Shown in pieces: positions 35,832 to 46,089 of a stretch of DNA of 64,000 bases. This stretch comes from a virus, in the IMG/VR virus record IMGVR_UViG_2751185825_000001; one strand, written 5' to 3'. Under the pieces are notes generated by a model that was not told where the DNA came from, made no database searches, and saw only the letters and a list, made by a program, of their open reading frames with translations. Positions within the stretch are counted from its first letter, which is position 1; each line of letters opens with the position of its first letter. Position numbers and translations under genes: made by a program.

Positions 35832-37516
35832 CGCTGGAATGGACGACAAGTTGCCCCGATTGGGAAAAGCGCATCGTCCAACGCCAGAGCCTCGTCCCTG
35901 AACCGCTGTATCCAGAGGTGGCAGATTCAGCCTGGGCGATCTGCAGTGAATTCCGGCTGACGGATGTTGCAGGCGAACCGCTGCTGGGTGAGGCCTCTCT
36001 GCCCTGGCTGCGTGACTTCGTGCGCGTCGTGTTCGGCGCTGAAGAGCCTGAAACGGGCCGGCGCCACATCAATGAATTCCTGCTCATGGTGAGCAAGAAG
36101 AACGCAAAGAGCACGATTGCAGCCGCGATCATGCTGTGTGCGCTACTTATGAACTGGCGCAAGTCGGCGGAACTGCTGATCCTGTCGCCGACAAAGGAAA
36201 TCGCAGACAACAGCTACAAGCCGATCCGGGACTTCATCAAAGCTGACGAAGAGCTGTCCGCATTGCTCAAGGTTCAGGACTACTTCCGCACGATCACCCA
36301 TCTGGAGACTGGTGCAACCCTGAAGGTCGTAGCCGCCGACAGTGACACTGTGAGTGGCAAAAAGGCCAGCTTTGTGTTCGTTGACGAGCTTCACGAGTTC
36401 GGCAAGCAGGCCAAGGCCAGCAACATGCTGTTGGAGGCTACGGGCGGCCTCACCTCGCGGCCAGAAGGCTTTGTGATCTACGCCACTACGCAATCGGCTG
36501 AGCCACCTGCGGGCGTTTTCAAAGCCAAACTGAGCTATGCGCGTCGAGTACGTGATGGCGAGATCAAGGACCGCAAGTTCCTGCCGCTGATCTACGAGTT
36601 TCCGCGCTCCATGCTGGACAAAGGGGAGCATCTGGTCCTCGAGAACGCTTACATCACCAATCCCAATTGGGGCGCGTCGGTAGATGCTGAGCGTATCACG
36701 CAGCTTTACAGCCAGGCGAAAGAGGACGGTGAGCAGGCATTCAAAGAATTCTTGGCCAAGCATCTCAATGTGGAGATCGGTCTAAACCTCCGCTCCGACC
36801 GCTGGACCGGCGCTGACTTTTGGGAGCGCAACGGAGACAAGCGCATAACGCTTGACTTCATCTTGCGCGAATGCGAGGTGGTCACGGTTGGAATTGATGG
36901 TGGTGGGCTGGATGACCTGTTGGGGCTCGCTGTCGAGGGCCGTCACCGTGGGACGAACAACCGGTTCGCCCTATGGAACAGAGCATGGGTTCACCCGATT
37001 GGCGTTGAAAGACGGAAATCGGAGGAATCCAAGTACTTGGATTTTCAGCGGGCTGGTGACCTGGTGATCGTTGAACGACCAGGGCAAGACCTCGAGGAGT
37101 TGTCTGGGTTGATCAAGCGTGTGTACGACGAGGGTCTGCTCGCCAGGATTGGCCTGGACCCGGAGCGCACCCACAAGGTTGTTTACACGGCACTCATTGA
37201 GGCAGGCATCCCTGAAGAACTGATCATCGGCATCTCACAGGGATGGAAGCTGACCGGGGCGATGGCCGTTGCTGAGCGCGCCCTTGAATCCGGCGACTTG
37301 AAGCATGCCGGTTCACCCATGATGGCCTGGAGTGTAGGTAACGCCAAGGTGGTGCCCTCCGGCAACGCTCAGCTCATCACAAAGCAAGCCAGCGGCACCG
37401 GAAAGATTGACCCAGTGATGGCGACATTGAACGCTGTGACCCTCATGGCGCTGAACCCTGAAGCGAAGACCAACGACGCCTTCATGGCCGCGATACGAGA
37501 CCCGATTGTTGTTTGA
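35828..37516 (+). CDS. terL: Terminase large subunit
   Basis: KKNAKST Walker A variant, VFVDELH, GIDGGGLDD, KIDPVMA. Confidence 0.93.
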   Translation: MTLEWTTSCPDWEKRIVQRQSLVPEPLYPEVADSAWAICSEFRLTDVAGEPLLGEASLPWLRDFVRVVFGAEEPETGRRHINEFLLMVSKKNAKSTIAAAIMLCALLMNWRKSAELLILSPTKEIADNSYKPIRDFIKADEELSALLKVQDYFRTITHLETGATLKVVAADSDTVSGKKASFVFVDELHEFGKQAKASNMLLEATGGLTSRPEGFVIYATTQSAEPPAGVFKAKLSYARRVRDGEIKDRKFLPLIYEFPRSMLDKGEHLVLENAYITNPNWGASVDAERITQLYSQAKEDGEQAFKEFLAKHLNVEIGLNLRSDRWTGADFWERNGDKRITLDFILRECEVVTVGIDGGGLDDLLGLAVEGRHRGTNNRFALWNRAWVHPIGVERRKSEESKYLDFQRAGDLVIVERPGQDLEELSGLIKRVYDEGLLARIGLDPERTHKVVYTALIEAGIPEELIIGISQGWKLTGAMAVAERALESGDLKHAGSPMMAWSVGNAKVVPSGNAQLITKQASGTGKIDPVMATLNAVTLMALNPEAKTNDAFMAAIRDPIVV

Positions 37517-37519
37517 CCC

Positions 37520-37684
37520 ATGAACCTGCCGATCATCATTTTTCTGCTGCTGTCGGCAACGGGGTTAGGCCTGTTTGTGGCCGGCGCTGCCATCCTGGCT
37601 GGGTTGGGGTGGGCGCTGTTGGCGGGCTCGGCTGCGTGTCTTGTGGCTGCTGCTTTTTTGAAGAAGGGCTTAGCCCATGAGTAA
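37520..37684 (+). CDS. Small two-TM protein before portal
   Basis: MNLPIIIFLLLS...; typical HK97-like position. Confidence 0.6.
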   Translation: MNLPIIIFLLLSATGLGLFVAGAAILAGLGWALLAGSAACLVAAAFLKKGLAHE

Positions 37685-38909
37685 GCTCTCCGATGTGCTG
37701 GTCAGGGCAGTTGGCCGACCACAGGTGCGCTCAGCCGTCAGTGATTGGTCTGGGAAAGACATTCGCCTCACCGATGGTGGCTTCTGGTCCGACTTTGCAG
37801 GAGGCGTCAACACCAATTCGGCCATGAAACTGTCGGTGGTGTGGGCATGTGTTCGCCTTATCTCCCAGACCATTGCGACACTGCCTCTTACCCTGTACGA
37901 GCAGGATGGTCGAAAGCCCATGCCAGCCGTTGGCCATCAGCTCTACGAGATCCTCAAACACTCGCCGAACGCTGATACCACGTCTGTGCAATTTTGGGAG
38001 GCTGTCGTGGCCTCGATCCTCCTGCGCGGCAATGCCTACATTCGAAAGCGGTACGTGGCTGGCCGCGTTGCGGCTTTGTATGTGCTGCAGCCAGATCGGA
38101 TCACGATCAAATGCAATGACGACGGCTCGCTGAACTACACCTATCGCTATCGTGGTCAGGCGCAAGAGCTGACACGGCGGGAGATGATGCACATCGCAGG
38201 TTTCTCACTGGATGGCCAGATTGGTCTGTCGGCAATCCAGTATGGCGCCACCACGTTCGGCCAGGCCATGTCGGCAAACGATGCTGCGGAGAGCACGTTC
38301 CAAAACGGGCTGCACAAGACGGTTGCGTTCAAGGTGGATCGGGTTCTCCGGCCAGAACAACGCGAGGAGTTTCGCGAGTACGTCAAGACGTTGACCGGCG
38401 CATTGAATGCTGGGCGGTCGCCAGTCTTGGAACAGGGCATCTCTGCCGAGCCCATTGGGATTGACCCAACCGATGCGCAGTTGTTGGAGTCGCGCTCGTA
38501 CAGCGTCGAGGAGATCTGCCGATTCTTCGGAGTGCCGCCGATCATGATCGGGCACAGCAGTAAGCAGTCCTCATGGCCAACGAGTACAGAGGCGCAGAAA
38601 GACCTGTTCCTCACCCTTGCATTGCGGCCCATCCTCAAGCGCATTGAGGAGTCGATTTACAAGAATCTGCTGGAGTCCTCGGAGAAGCGGTCCTTCTACG
38701 CCCGGTTCAACCTCGAAGGCCTTCTGCGCGCCGACAGTGCGGGCCGGTCTGAGTACTACTCGAAGCTGGCTCAGAACGGCGTCATGACACGAAACGAAAT
38801 CCGCGAGCTGGAGGACATGGCCCCCATGCCTGGTGGCGACGACTTGACCGTTCAGTTGAATCTCACACGATTGCAAGACCTCGAAAAGATCAATGGGGAA
38901 GACCAATGA
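37677..38909 (+). CDS. HK97-family portal protein
   Basis: VWACVRLIS, LLRGNAY, EEICRFFGVPP, MTRNEIRELE. Confidence 0.93.
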   Translation: MSKLSDVLVRAVGRPQVRSAVSDWSGKDIRLTDGGFWSDFAGGVNTNSAMKLSVVWACVRLISQTIATLPLTLYEQDGRKPMPAVGHQLYEILKHSPNADTTSVQFWEAVVASILLRGNAYIRKRYVAGRVAALYVLQPDRITIKCNDDGSLNYTYRYRGQAQELTRREMMHIAGFSLDGQIGLSAIQYGATTFGQAMSANDAAESTFQNGLHKTVAFKVDRVLRPEQREEFREYVKTLTGALNAGRSPVLEQGISAEPIGIDPTDAQLLESRSYSVEEICRFFGVPPIMIGHSSKQSSWPTSTEAQKDLFLTLALRPILKRIEESIYKNLLESSEKRSFYARFNLEGLLRADSAGRSEYYSKLAQNGVMTRNEIRELEDMAPMPGGDDLTVQLNLTRLQDLEKINGEDQ

Positions 38910-39769
38910 GCCTGCGAAAACTTCCTGAGCTGCCCAAGCTGGCTCATCAAGATGGGATCGAGTTCGACCTGTCGCCGCGTGCGTTGGCGAAGTGGAACCC
39001 GTCACTGTCGGCCACCGAAGACGAACCAGATAACATCATCAACGTCTTGGATGTGATCGGCTACGACTACTGGACAGGTGAAGGCACCACGGCAAAGCGC
39101 ATTGATGCCGCCCTGCGCTCCATCGGTCGTGACCGGGACGTGGTTGTCAACATCAACTCTCCGGGCGGCTCCATGTTTGAGGGGGACGCCATATACAGTC
39201 TCTTGCGTCTGCACAAGGGCAAGGTCACTGTCCGCATCCTGGGCATGGCCGCATCTGCTGCGTCCATCATCGCCATGGCTGGGGATGAGATTCAAATCTC
39301 GCGTGCCGGCTGGCTGATGATTCATAACGCCTGGATTGGCATGTATGGCAACCGTAACGACCTGCGAGAAGCGGCTGACTGGCTGGAACCATTCGACGCT
39401 GCTGCAGCCGACCTATACGCCGACAGAACTGGCATCGACAAAGGCGAGATTCTCGCAATGCTCGATAAAGAAACGTGGATTGGCGGGGGCGCAGCCGTGG
39501 AAACAGGTTGGGCAGACGCCATTCTTTCCACCGACAAGATCGCCGAGCGTGACGGGCATGGCGCTCAAAACGCTGTCCGTCAAATCGACATTCTGTTGGC
39601 AAAGCAAGGCCTACCACGAAGCCAGCGCCGAAGCCTGCTGCAACAAATCAAAACCGGCACGCAAGACGCTGTCGGTGCCGATACGCAAGACGCTATCGGG
39701 AAGGGCACGCCAAACGCTGCCCAGCTGCCTGTGATGGTGGCGAAACCAGCGCTTTTGTCATTCAACTGA
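38906..39769 (+). CDS. ClpP-like prohead protease
   Basis: INSPGG, AASAAS, MIHNAW, ETW. Confidence 0.92.
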   Translation: MSLRKLPELPKLAHQDGIEFDLSPRALAKWNPSLSATEDEPDNIINVLDVIGYDYWTGEGTTAKRIDAALRSIGRDRDVVVNINSPGGSMFEGDAIYSLLRLHKGKVTVRILGMAASAASIIAMAGDEIQISRAGWLMIHNAWIGMYGNRNDLREAADWLEPFDAAAADLYADRTGIDKGEILAMLDKETWIGGGAAVETGWADAILSTDKIAERDGHGAQNAVRQIDILLAKQGLPRSQRRSLLQQIKTGTQDAVGADTQDAIGKGTPNAAQLPVMVAKPALLSFN

Positions 39770-39843
39770 CAAGGCAACCACTCCCGTAGCGAACCGCCCA
39801 CCGAGGCGGTTTTTTGTTGCTCCATCGGAGCATAGGACAAGAC

Positions 39844-41028
39844 ATGACCGATACCGTGAACATCGAACAGGCCTATCAACAGGTTCAAGTCAACCTGAAG
39901 GAAACCGGCGACAAGCTGAAGCAGTACGCCGAGAAGACCGAGACCGAGATGAAGAACCTCGGCAAAACCAGCGAAGAAACCAAGGCTGCGGTTGACCAGC
40001 TGCTGCCCAAGTTCAACGCCATGCAGAAGCAGTTCTTGGAGTTGCAGCAAGAACTCGCGCGTCCCAAGGGCGACGATAAATCCGCACCTCAGTCCGCTGG
40101 CGACCTGGTGGTGAACAGCGACCAGATGCAAGGCGTCAACAGCTCGTTCCGTGGTTCTCGTCGCATCGAGGTGCCCCGTCAGGCTATTACCACCGCGACC
40201 GCAGGTAGCCTGGTGGTGTCTGACCGTCAATATGGCATCGTGACGCCCCCGGAAAAGCGGCTGACCGTCCGCGATCTGATCGCGCCAGGCCAGACGGCAA
40301 GCAACAACATCGAGTACGTCCGTGAATCCGGTTTCACGAACTCGGCGGCTCCTGTTGCTGAAGGCGCGGCCAAGCCGTATTCGGACATCACGTTTGCGCT
40401 GGAAAACGCGCCCGTTCGTGTGCTGGCCCACCTGTTCAAGGCCTCGCGCCAGATCTTGGATGATGCACCCGCCCTGAAGAGCTACATCGACGCTCGAGCA
40501 GAGTACGGCATCAAGCTGGCTGAAGAAGCTCAGCTGCTGTACGGCAACGGCACAGGTGCCAACCTGAATGGTTTGATTCCGCAGGCTACCGCCTATGCCG
40601 CGCCGGCAGGCATCACCGTGACTGGTGAACAGCGTATCGACCGCATCCGTCTGGCCATTCTGCAAGCCATCCTGGCCGAATTCCCTGCGTCAGGCGTGGT
40701 GCTTCACCCCACGGATTGGGCCGCCATCGAGCTGACCAAGGACAGCCAGGGTCGTTACCTGATCGGCCGCCCGCAGGATGGCACGCCGGCACGCTTGTGG
40801 AACCTCCCGGTCGTGGAGACGACTGCCATCACGCAGAACTCGTTCCTGACCGGCGCGTTCTCCCTCGGCGCTCAGATCTTTGACCGCATGGCTGTCGAAA
40901 TTCTGATCAGCACCGAGAACGACAAGGACTTCGAAAACAACATGGTCACGATCCGCGCTGAAGAGCGTCTGGCGTTGGCTGTGTACCGCCCCGAAGCCTT
41001 TGTCACTGGCGAGCTGACTGGTCCTTAA
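39844..41028 (+). CDS. HK97-fold major capsid protein
   Basis: Coiled-coil delta domain; RLTVRDLI, LLYGNG, RAEERLALAVYRPEAF. Confidence 0.95.
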   Translation: MTDTVNIEQAYQQVQVNLKETGDKLKQYAEKTETEMKNLGKTSEETKAAVDQLLPKFNAMQKQFLELQQELARPKGDDKSAPQSAGDLVVNSDQMQGVNSSFRGSRRIEVPRQAITTATAGSLVVSDRQYGIVTPPEKRLTVRDLIAPGQTASNNIEYVRESGFTNSAAPVAEGAAKPYSDITFALENAPVRVLAHLFKASRQILDDAPALKSYIDARAEYGIKLAEEAQLLYGNGTGANLNGLIPQATAYAAPAGITVTGEQRIDRIRLAILQAILAEFPASGVVLHPTDWAAIELTKDSQGRYLIGRPQDGTPARLWNLPVVETTAITQNSFLTGAFSLGAQIFDRMAVEILISTENDKDFENNMVTIRAEERLALAVYRPEAFVTGELTGP

Positions 41029-41068
41029 TTGAAAGGGGGGAGGGCGGGAAACCGCTCTCCTGATTCGC

Positions 41069-41341
41069 GTGGCAACTGTCAAAGCAATTCGCTCGTTTGA
41101 GTACCTGGGAGAAATCAAAAGCCCACGTTCAGACGCATTCGACATTCCTGACAACCAGGTTGAGCAGTTCCTGGCACGCGGGTTGGTGGCATCGGCTGTG
41201 GTGGCGCATGCTGAGCCGAAAAGCCCCGTAGAAGGCGTGATCACTCGCGACGAGATTCGTGAGCGGGAGAACATGGCGCCCGTAGAAGCTCCACGTCGTG
41301 GCCGTCGCAAGGGGAAAGCCAATGAATCTGGTGACGCTTGA
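41069..41341 (+). CDS. Hypothetical head-associated protein
   Basis: Follows major capsid gene. Confidence 0.55.
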   Translation: MATVKAIRSFEYLGEIKSPRSDAFDIPDNQVEQFLARGLVASAVVAHAEPKSPVEGVITRDEIRERENMAPVEAPRRGRRKGKANESGDA

Positions 41342-41633
41342 GCAGGCCAAGGAACACCTTCGAGTGGATGGCAACGATGAAGATGACTTGATCCAGTTGA
41401 AGTTGGATGCCGCTCATGAGCAAGCAGTCCAGTATCTGAATCGGAGTGTCTATGACACCCAGGCCGAAGTGGATGCTGCAGTCGATGAAGACCGGCCCAT
41501 GGTAGTGAATGCATCCGTCAAGACCGCGATTCTCCTCACGCTGGGGCATCTCTACGCGAACCGCGAGACTGCGGATATTCCTGATGGTGCACGCGCGCTG
41601 CTGACGCCTTGGCGGATTCATTGGGGTGTGTGA
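41322..41633 (+). CDS. Head-tail connector (HK97 gp6-like)
   Basis: LEQAKEHLRVD...AILLTLGHLYANRE. Confidence 0.9.
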   Translation: MNLVTLEQAKEHLRVDGNDEDDLIQLKLDAAHEQAVQYLNRSVYDTQAEVDAAVDEDRPMVVNASVKTAILLTLGHLYANRETADIPDGARALLTPWRIHWGV

Positions 41634-41950
41634 TGCGAGCAGGCGACCTCAACACCCGGATCACCATCCAACGTCAAGAGACGGCCCAGGACAGCGCTGG
41701 CGAGGCGATCAAGTCCTGGGTGAACCACGCTACGGTCTGGTCCGACTTCCGGAACATCTCGGGCTTGCAGGCTGCAAAGAACGACGCCCAGGCCTCGACG
41801 GTGAAAGCTTCCGCCCGCATCCGCTGGCGCACGGATCTGGACCACAGCATGCGCGTCATCGCGGGCTCGGGCACGTACACCGTTGAGGCTGTACTGCAGG
41901 ACATGAAGCGCCGCGAGTATGTTGACCTTGTGTTGGAGCGTGTGACGTGA
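41633..41950 (+). CDS. Head closure protein
   Basis: MRAGDLNTRITIQ. Confidence 0.88.
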   Translation: MRAGDLNTRITIQRQETAQDSAGEAIKSWVNHATVWSDFRNISGLQAAKNDAQASTVKASARIRWRTDLDHSMRVIAGSGTYTVEAVLQDMKRREYVDLVLERVT

Positions 41951-42387
41951 GGCTGCGCATGGATGCCGACGCGCTCATGAAAGAGCTGGATGAGATGGGC
42001 GCGGCGCTGACAGAACAGGCGCCACGCCCAGCCGCTCAGGCCGGTGCACAAGTGTTTTACGACATGGTGCGCACCAAGGCGCCGGTGTCTACGAAAGCGC
42101 ATTCGACCAAGGGTAAGAAACAGACCTACCAGCCTGGCAACCTGCGCAATTCGGTGTACCAGGTCTACTCTAAGGACCAAAGCACCGAGACGCGTGCCGT
42201 GTATGACATCTCTGTCAACAGCAAGAAGGCGTTTTACTGGCGCTTTGTTGAATTCGGCACCAAAAAACGCAGGGCGCACCCCTTCTTGCGCCCATCTTTC
42301 TACGCGGCCGAGGAAGCTGCACAGCAAGCCATGGTGGCGAAGTTCGTGGAAGAGGCCAAACAGATCAAGGGGATATCCAGTGCTTGA
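41947..42387 (+). CDS. HK97 gp10-like neck protein
   Basis: GNLRNS, FVEFGT, AHPFLRP. Confidence 0.88.
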   Translation: MRLRMDADALMKELDEMGAALTEQAPRPAAQAGAQVFYDMVRTKAPVSTKAHSTKGKKQTYQPGNLRNSVYQVYSKDQSTETRAVYDISVNSKKAFYWRFVEFGTKKRRAHPFLRPSFYAAEEAAQQAMVAKFVEEAKQIKGISSA

Positions 42388-42733
42388 AGAGCTGATCTAC
42401 CAAGCCATTTCGCCCGTGCTGCCGATCTACCCTGACGGCGGCGTGCCCGAGGATGAGCCTCCGTTGCCCTATGCCACCTACCTGCGTGCTGGGGGACATG
42501 TGGTCACAACCTTGTCGCGCGAAGCGGTGCCGGACCTTCAGCATGCTCATGTCCAGATCAACGTCTGGGCCTCATCGGTGTTGGGTGTCTCGCGTCTCAT
42601 CCGAGATGTCGATATAGCCGTTCGGACCAGTGGGCTCTTTGAAGGCAAGCCGCTGTCATCGCCCTCCAACCTGCCGAGCGATGACGATTCCTTCGGCTTG
42701 ACGCAAGACTTTTCGGTCTGGTTCAAGGACTGA
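42380..42733 (+). CDS. Tail terminator (DUF3168-like)
   Basis: LPYATY, VQINVW. Confidence 0.8.
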   Translation: MLEELIYQAISPVLPIYPDGGVPEDEPPLPYATYLRAGGHVVTTLSREAVPDLQHAHVQINVWASSVLGVSRLIRDVDIAVRTSGLFEGKPLSSPSNLPSDDDSFGLTQDFSVWFKD

Positions 42734-42826
42734 ACCACAAGAGCTGCCCGGCAGCCAACAACGCAAACCGCCTCCAGGGCGGTTTTTCATTTCTGAGGCT
42801 CGCCATTGCGCGGGCCTTTCGATTTT

Positions 42827-42886
42827 GTGCGGCCTAGGGTAGCTCCCGATAGCTGGGTGATGACTCCTAGCCTGGCGTGGCCGCAC
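42827..42886 (+). ncRNA. c4-like antisense RNA upstream of the KilA-N gene
   Basis: GTGCGGCC/GGCCGCAC closing stem and two hairpins; GACTCC complementary to GGAGTC beside the RBS. Confidence 0.6.
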
Positions 42887-42914
42887 TCCCTTACTCGGAG
42901 TCGAGGGGTTATGA

Positions 42915-43661
42915 ATGAGCAACATCGTTAGATTTGATTTCGATGGTGGGCTACACAGCTTTGACGGCAACGGATGGTTTAACGCCACGGAGGCTGCAAA
43001 ACGCTTTAAGCGAGAGGCTTTTGAATGGTTGCGTTTGCCAGCAACCAAGAGCTACATGGACGCCTTGGCTAAGGCGCTGGAGATAGAACCGGGAAAATCC
43101 CGGTTTGAGCTTGTCAAGGCGCAACGCGGTGGGAGATCTCCTGGGACATGGCTTCATCCAAAGCTGGCGGTAGCCTTCGCGCGCTGGCTATCCGATGACT
43201 TCGGCGTTTGGTGCGACCTGCAGATCGATGCCATCATTCGCAACAGCATCCGAGCGGAAGGCAATGTCAATCTGTTGCCTCTCCTGCTGCGTCAGGACGC
43301 AGGCGCATGGGAGCTGCGTTTCAAGCCCGACTACTACGAGGCGTTGGCCCACATCACGCGCACGACCTATACCGGCCATACCAATGGAACGCCGGCTCTA
43401 TATGGCGCGATCACCGATAAATGGGTGTACGCCTGCCTTCTGCCTGATGACGTGCGCAGCGAGCTCAAGGTGCGCCGAAATGCCTCGCAAAAGATGCATC
43501 AGTGGCTCACTGATGGCGGCCAGGCCCTGCTGGACAAGCAAATCGAGTTGGTTCAAAGCATCGCCAGCACATCTGCCGACATGCGCGACTTCGAGGCCCG
43601 AATGATGCTGGTCAGCGGCAGGCGAGGCCAGCTCGGTTTCGTCTATCCCAAGGCTGCGTGA
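42915..43661 (+). CDS. KilA-N domain protein (antirepressor-like; P63C-like C-terminus)
   Basis: GWFNATEAAK, GTWLHPKLAVAFARWLS, KMHQWLT. Confidence 0.88.
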   Translation: MSNIVRFDFDGGLHSFDGNGWFNATEAAKRFKREAFEWLRLPATKSYMDALAKALEIEPGKSRFELVKAQRGGRSPGTWLHPKLAVAFARWLSDDFGVWCDLQIDAIIRNSIRAEGNVNLLPLLLRQDAGAWELRFKPDYYEALAHITRTTYTGHTNGTPALYGAITDKWVYACLLPDDVRSELKVRRNASQKMHQWLTDGGQALLDKQIELVQSIASTSADMRDFEARMMLVSGRRGQLGFVYPKAA

Positions 43662-43933
43662 TGAAAGCCGCAATTGAAACGGTAGCCGAAGCAGCCATCG
43701 CGTGGAATCGGGCGCGGCTGCACCGCATCGCTGTCGCCAGATCGGTGCCGTCACTCGCCATCGGCTACAGCGAACAAGAGCACCAGTTGCGTCTGGCAAA
43801 GAAAGCCGAGGCGCAAGCCAAGGCGTATCTCCGCAAGATATGCGCCAAAGCAGACCCGACCTGCGTAGTCCTTGAGGCAGATGTGAGGGCCCCGAGGTTG
43901 CGACTACTGGATGCCCAAATCATCGATATCTGA
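43658..43933 (+). CDS. Hypothetical protein coupled to KilA-N gene
   Basis: GTGA overlap. Confidence 0.55.
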   Translation: MMKAAIETVAEAAIAWNRARLHRIAVARSVPSLAIGYSEQEHQLRLAKKAEAQAKAYLRKICAKADPTCVVLEADVRAPRLRLLDAQIIDI

Positions 43934-44182
43934 ACCCGCCTAGTGCGGGTTTTTGTTTTCTTGCTGGAAATGAACACCGCAACACACGAACTCCACAAAG
44001 CCCTGATCCGCCTCGCCAAGGGAGCAATCAGTGCCTGGGAAGCCTGGCTCGAAGCCCGCGCTTCCTAAAACTCAGTTTCCAACCCTGCCTCGCAGGCATG
44101 CCACTCCCGCAAGGGACCCGCAGCCAAGACGCCTCGCAGAAAACCGCCCCGTCAGGGGCTTTTTCTTGAAAGAGGCCCATCA

Positions 44183-44845
44183 ATGGCTTACTCCGTAGCA
44201 GACGGAACACGGTTTGCGTTCTCGACCACGTTCGGCACGCCGATTGCAGTTTCCGGCATCACCAACTCGGCCAACCCCATCCTGAGCGCTGCTGCGCACG
44301 GGCTGACTGCAGGCACGCCCTTCCTGCTGAAAACCGGCTGGGAAGATCTCAGCGAGGCGGTTCTGCGCGTTGGCGCAACGGTCAACGCTGGCGATTTCTC
44401 GCTGGAGGACCTGGACACGACCGACACGCTGTTCTTCCCCTCTGGCGCATCGGCAGGCAGCCTGCAGGCCATCACTGGCTGGCAGGAAATCCAGCAGGTC
44501 ACCAACCTGACCCCTTCGGGCGGTGAGCAGCAGTACGCAGAAGCCGAGCCCCTGGCCCAACGCTACAGCGTGCGCATCCCGACCCGCTTCAGCGCCCAGT
44601 CGCTCGAGCTGGAAATCGGTGATGACCCTTCGCTGCCTGGCTACAAGCTGCTGGTGCGTGCCTCGCGTGCCCAGAAGCTGGTTGCGATCCGCATGTTGCA
44701 GTCCAACGGCGCTGTGGCCTACGGCTACGGCTATGTGTCGGTGAACGAGTTCCCGAACCTGGCCAAGGGCTCGGTGACCACGGCAGCCGCCTCGATCACC
44801 TTCCAGCGCCCCGCCAAGCGCTACGCAACCGCCGTACCGGTCTAA
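44183..44845 (+). CDS. Major tail tube protein
   Basis: ITNSANP, GWEDL, SGGEQQY, DDPSLPGY. Confidence 0.88.
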   Translation: MAYSVADGTRFAFSTTFGTPIAVSGITNSANPILSAAAHGLTAGTPFLLKTGWEDLSEAVLRVGATVNAGDFSLEDLDTTDTLFFPSGASAGSLQAITGWQEIQQVTNLTPSGGEQQYAEAEPLAQRYSVRIPTRFSAQSLELEIGDDPSLPGYKLLVRASRAQKLVAIRMLQSNGAVAYGYGYVSVNEFPNLAKGSVTTAAASITFQRPAKRYATAVPV

Positions 44846-44929
44846 CCGAGCCAAGCCCCTTCCAAGGGGCTTTTTCATGCCCGTCCGAACGTATGCGGAA
44901 CGGGTTTTTTTGCATTCCAAGGATAGAAA

Positions 44930-45298
44930 ATGGCAAAGTCGTACAAAGAACTCCGCGCACAGCCCACCTTCACCGCCAAGGTGCCTGTCGTCATCCCTGG
45001 TGGCGGGGTGGATGAGGTTGAGCTGACCTTCATCTACAAGGATCGTCAGGGCCAAGAGGAAGTGCTGGAAGCGGAGAAGGCCTTGACTGTTGCGCACGAA
45101 AAGCGGAAGACAAAGACCTTTGAGACGGTCTTGGAACTGGAATTCGACAGCCTGGCGCTCATCGCGTCCGGCTGGGAGTTCGCTGAGCCGTTTACCAAGG
45201 AGGCGGTGACCGACTTTCTGCGTCACCACCGCGGCTTCAACATTGAAGCCTGGAAGACCTACTTCAGCGAGTACGTCCCGGCCAAACGGGGAAACTGA
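44930..45298 (+). CDS. Tail assembly chaperone (gpG-like)
   Basis: PTFTAKVPV...ends KRGN with slippery G GGA AAC. Confidence 0.85.
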   Translation: MAKSYKELRAQPTFTAKVPVVIPGGGVDEVELTFIYKDRQGQEEVLEAEKALTVAHEKRKTKTFETVLELEFDSLALIASGWEFAEPFTKEAVTDFLRHHRGFNIEAWKTYFSEYVPAKRGN

Positions 45299-45627
45299 TT
45301 GCGCTGGGGCGAGACACCATCAGTCCGCCCCCTGATAAGCGCAAGTTCTCCTATTTTGGCTTTGCGCCTGAACAAATCACGACTATCCACGTAGAGCCAT
45401 ACCCCGACAACGTGCTGGCCTACCGGCTGTTCCTGTCCATCCAGAACCAATGGATCTATGGCGGAATGGGCTCACCCATGGCGCTGAACTACGAGGTGGC
45501 GTACCGGTGGATGGATGCGGAGGGGATCGACAAAGCGAAGCAGAACGACCTCTTGGCCGAGTTGCAGCTCATCGAAAGCGGGGCCATCTCCGCGATGCGT
45601 GAGAAGCAGGAGCGACGAGGAAAGTGA
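45295..45627 (+). CDS. -1 frameshift extension (gpT/DUF1799-like)
   Basis: -1 frame open from slippery site: LIALGRD...QNQWIYGGMGSPMALNY. Confidence 0.8.
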   Translation: MIALGRDTISPPPDKRKFSYFGFAPEQITTIHVEPYPDNVLAYRLFLSIQNQWIYGGMGSPMALNYEVAYRWMDAEGIDKAKQNDLLAELQLIESGAISAMREKQERRGK

Positions 45628-45651
45628 TCTAGTAGCATCCGATACACAACT

Positions 45652-46089
45652 TTGGAAGGAGCGGATGTGGCTGGTAACGATCTCTGGGCCGAGGCCCTGG
45701 CGGAAGCCGAAGACCCCGAAAAGCGCCAAGCTGGGCTGTGGGCGAGATGCTTTGCGGAAGCAGGTGGCGACGAAAGCAAGGCCAAGGCCGCGTACGTGAG
45801 CGCCCGCGTGGCACCCGAAACTCCGCAAGCGGTTCAACCCAAAAAGGGCGGCCTCTGGAAATGGGTGATCGGGGTTCCTGCGGTGCTGTTGATCGCCTTC
45901 CTCGGACTAGGGGTCGTTGCTGGCAGATCGCCAGAAGCCAAGGCCAAGGCAGAAACCAGAGAGGCCATTTCGTACTGCTGGGAAGATCAAAAAAAGAAAT
46001 CACTCGACCCAACGTCCGCACGACTTATTGCCCAAGTCTGCGAAAACTTGGAGGAAGAGTTTCTCTTGAAATGGGGCCATAAGCCCTAG
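45652..46089 (+). CDS. Single-TM moron between chaperone and tape measure
   Basis: Central TM helix; followed by own terminator; start uncertain. Confidence 0.65.
   Translation: MEGADVAGNDLWAEALAEAEDPEKRQAGLWARCFAEAGGDESKAKAAYVSARVAPETPQAVQPKKGGLWKWVIGVPAVLLIAFLGLGVVAGRSPEAKAKAETREAISYCWEDQKKKSLDPTSARLIAQVCENLEEEFLLKWGHKP

Noticed and set aside
36085..36120. Inactivated terminase (Walker A KKNAKST lacks Gly)
   Set aside because: The ORF is full length with intact Walker B and nuclease motifs; treated as a variant
39580..40665. Long antisense and alternate-frame ORFs (also 8458-9462, 44180-45229, 58369-59352, 61640-62680)
   Set aside because: Shadow ORFs of high-GC genes with clear products on the other strand or frame
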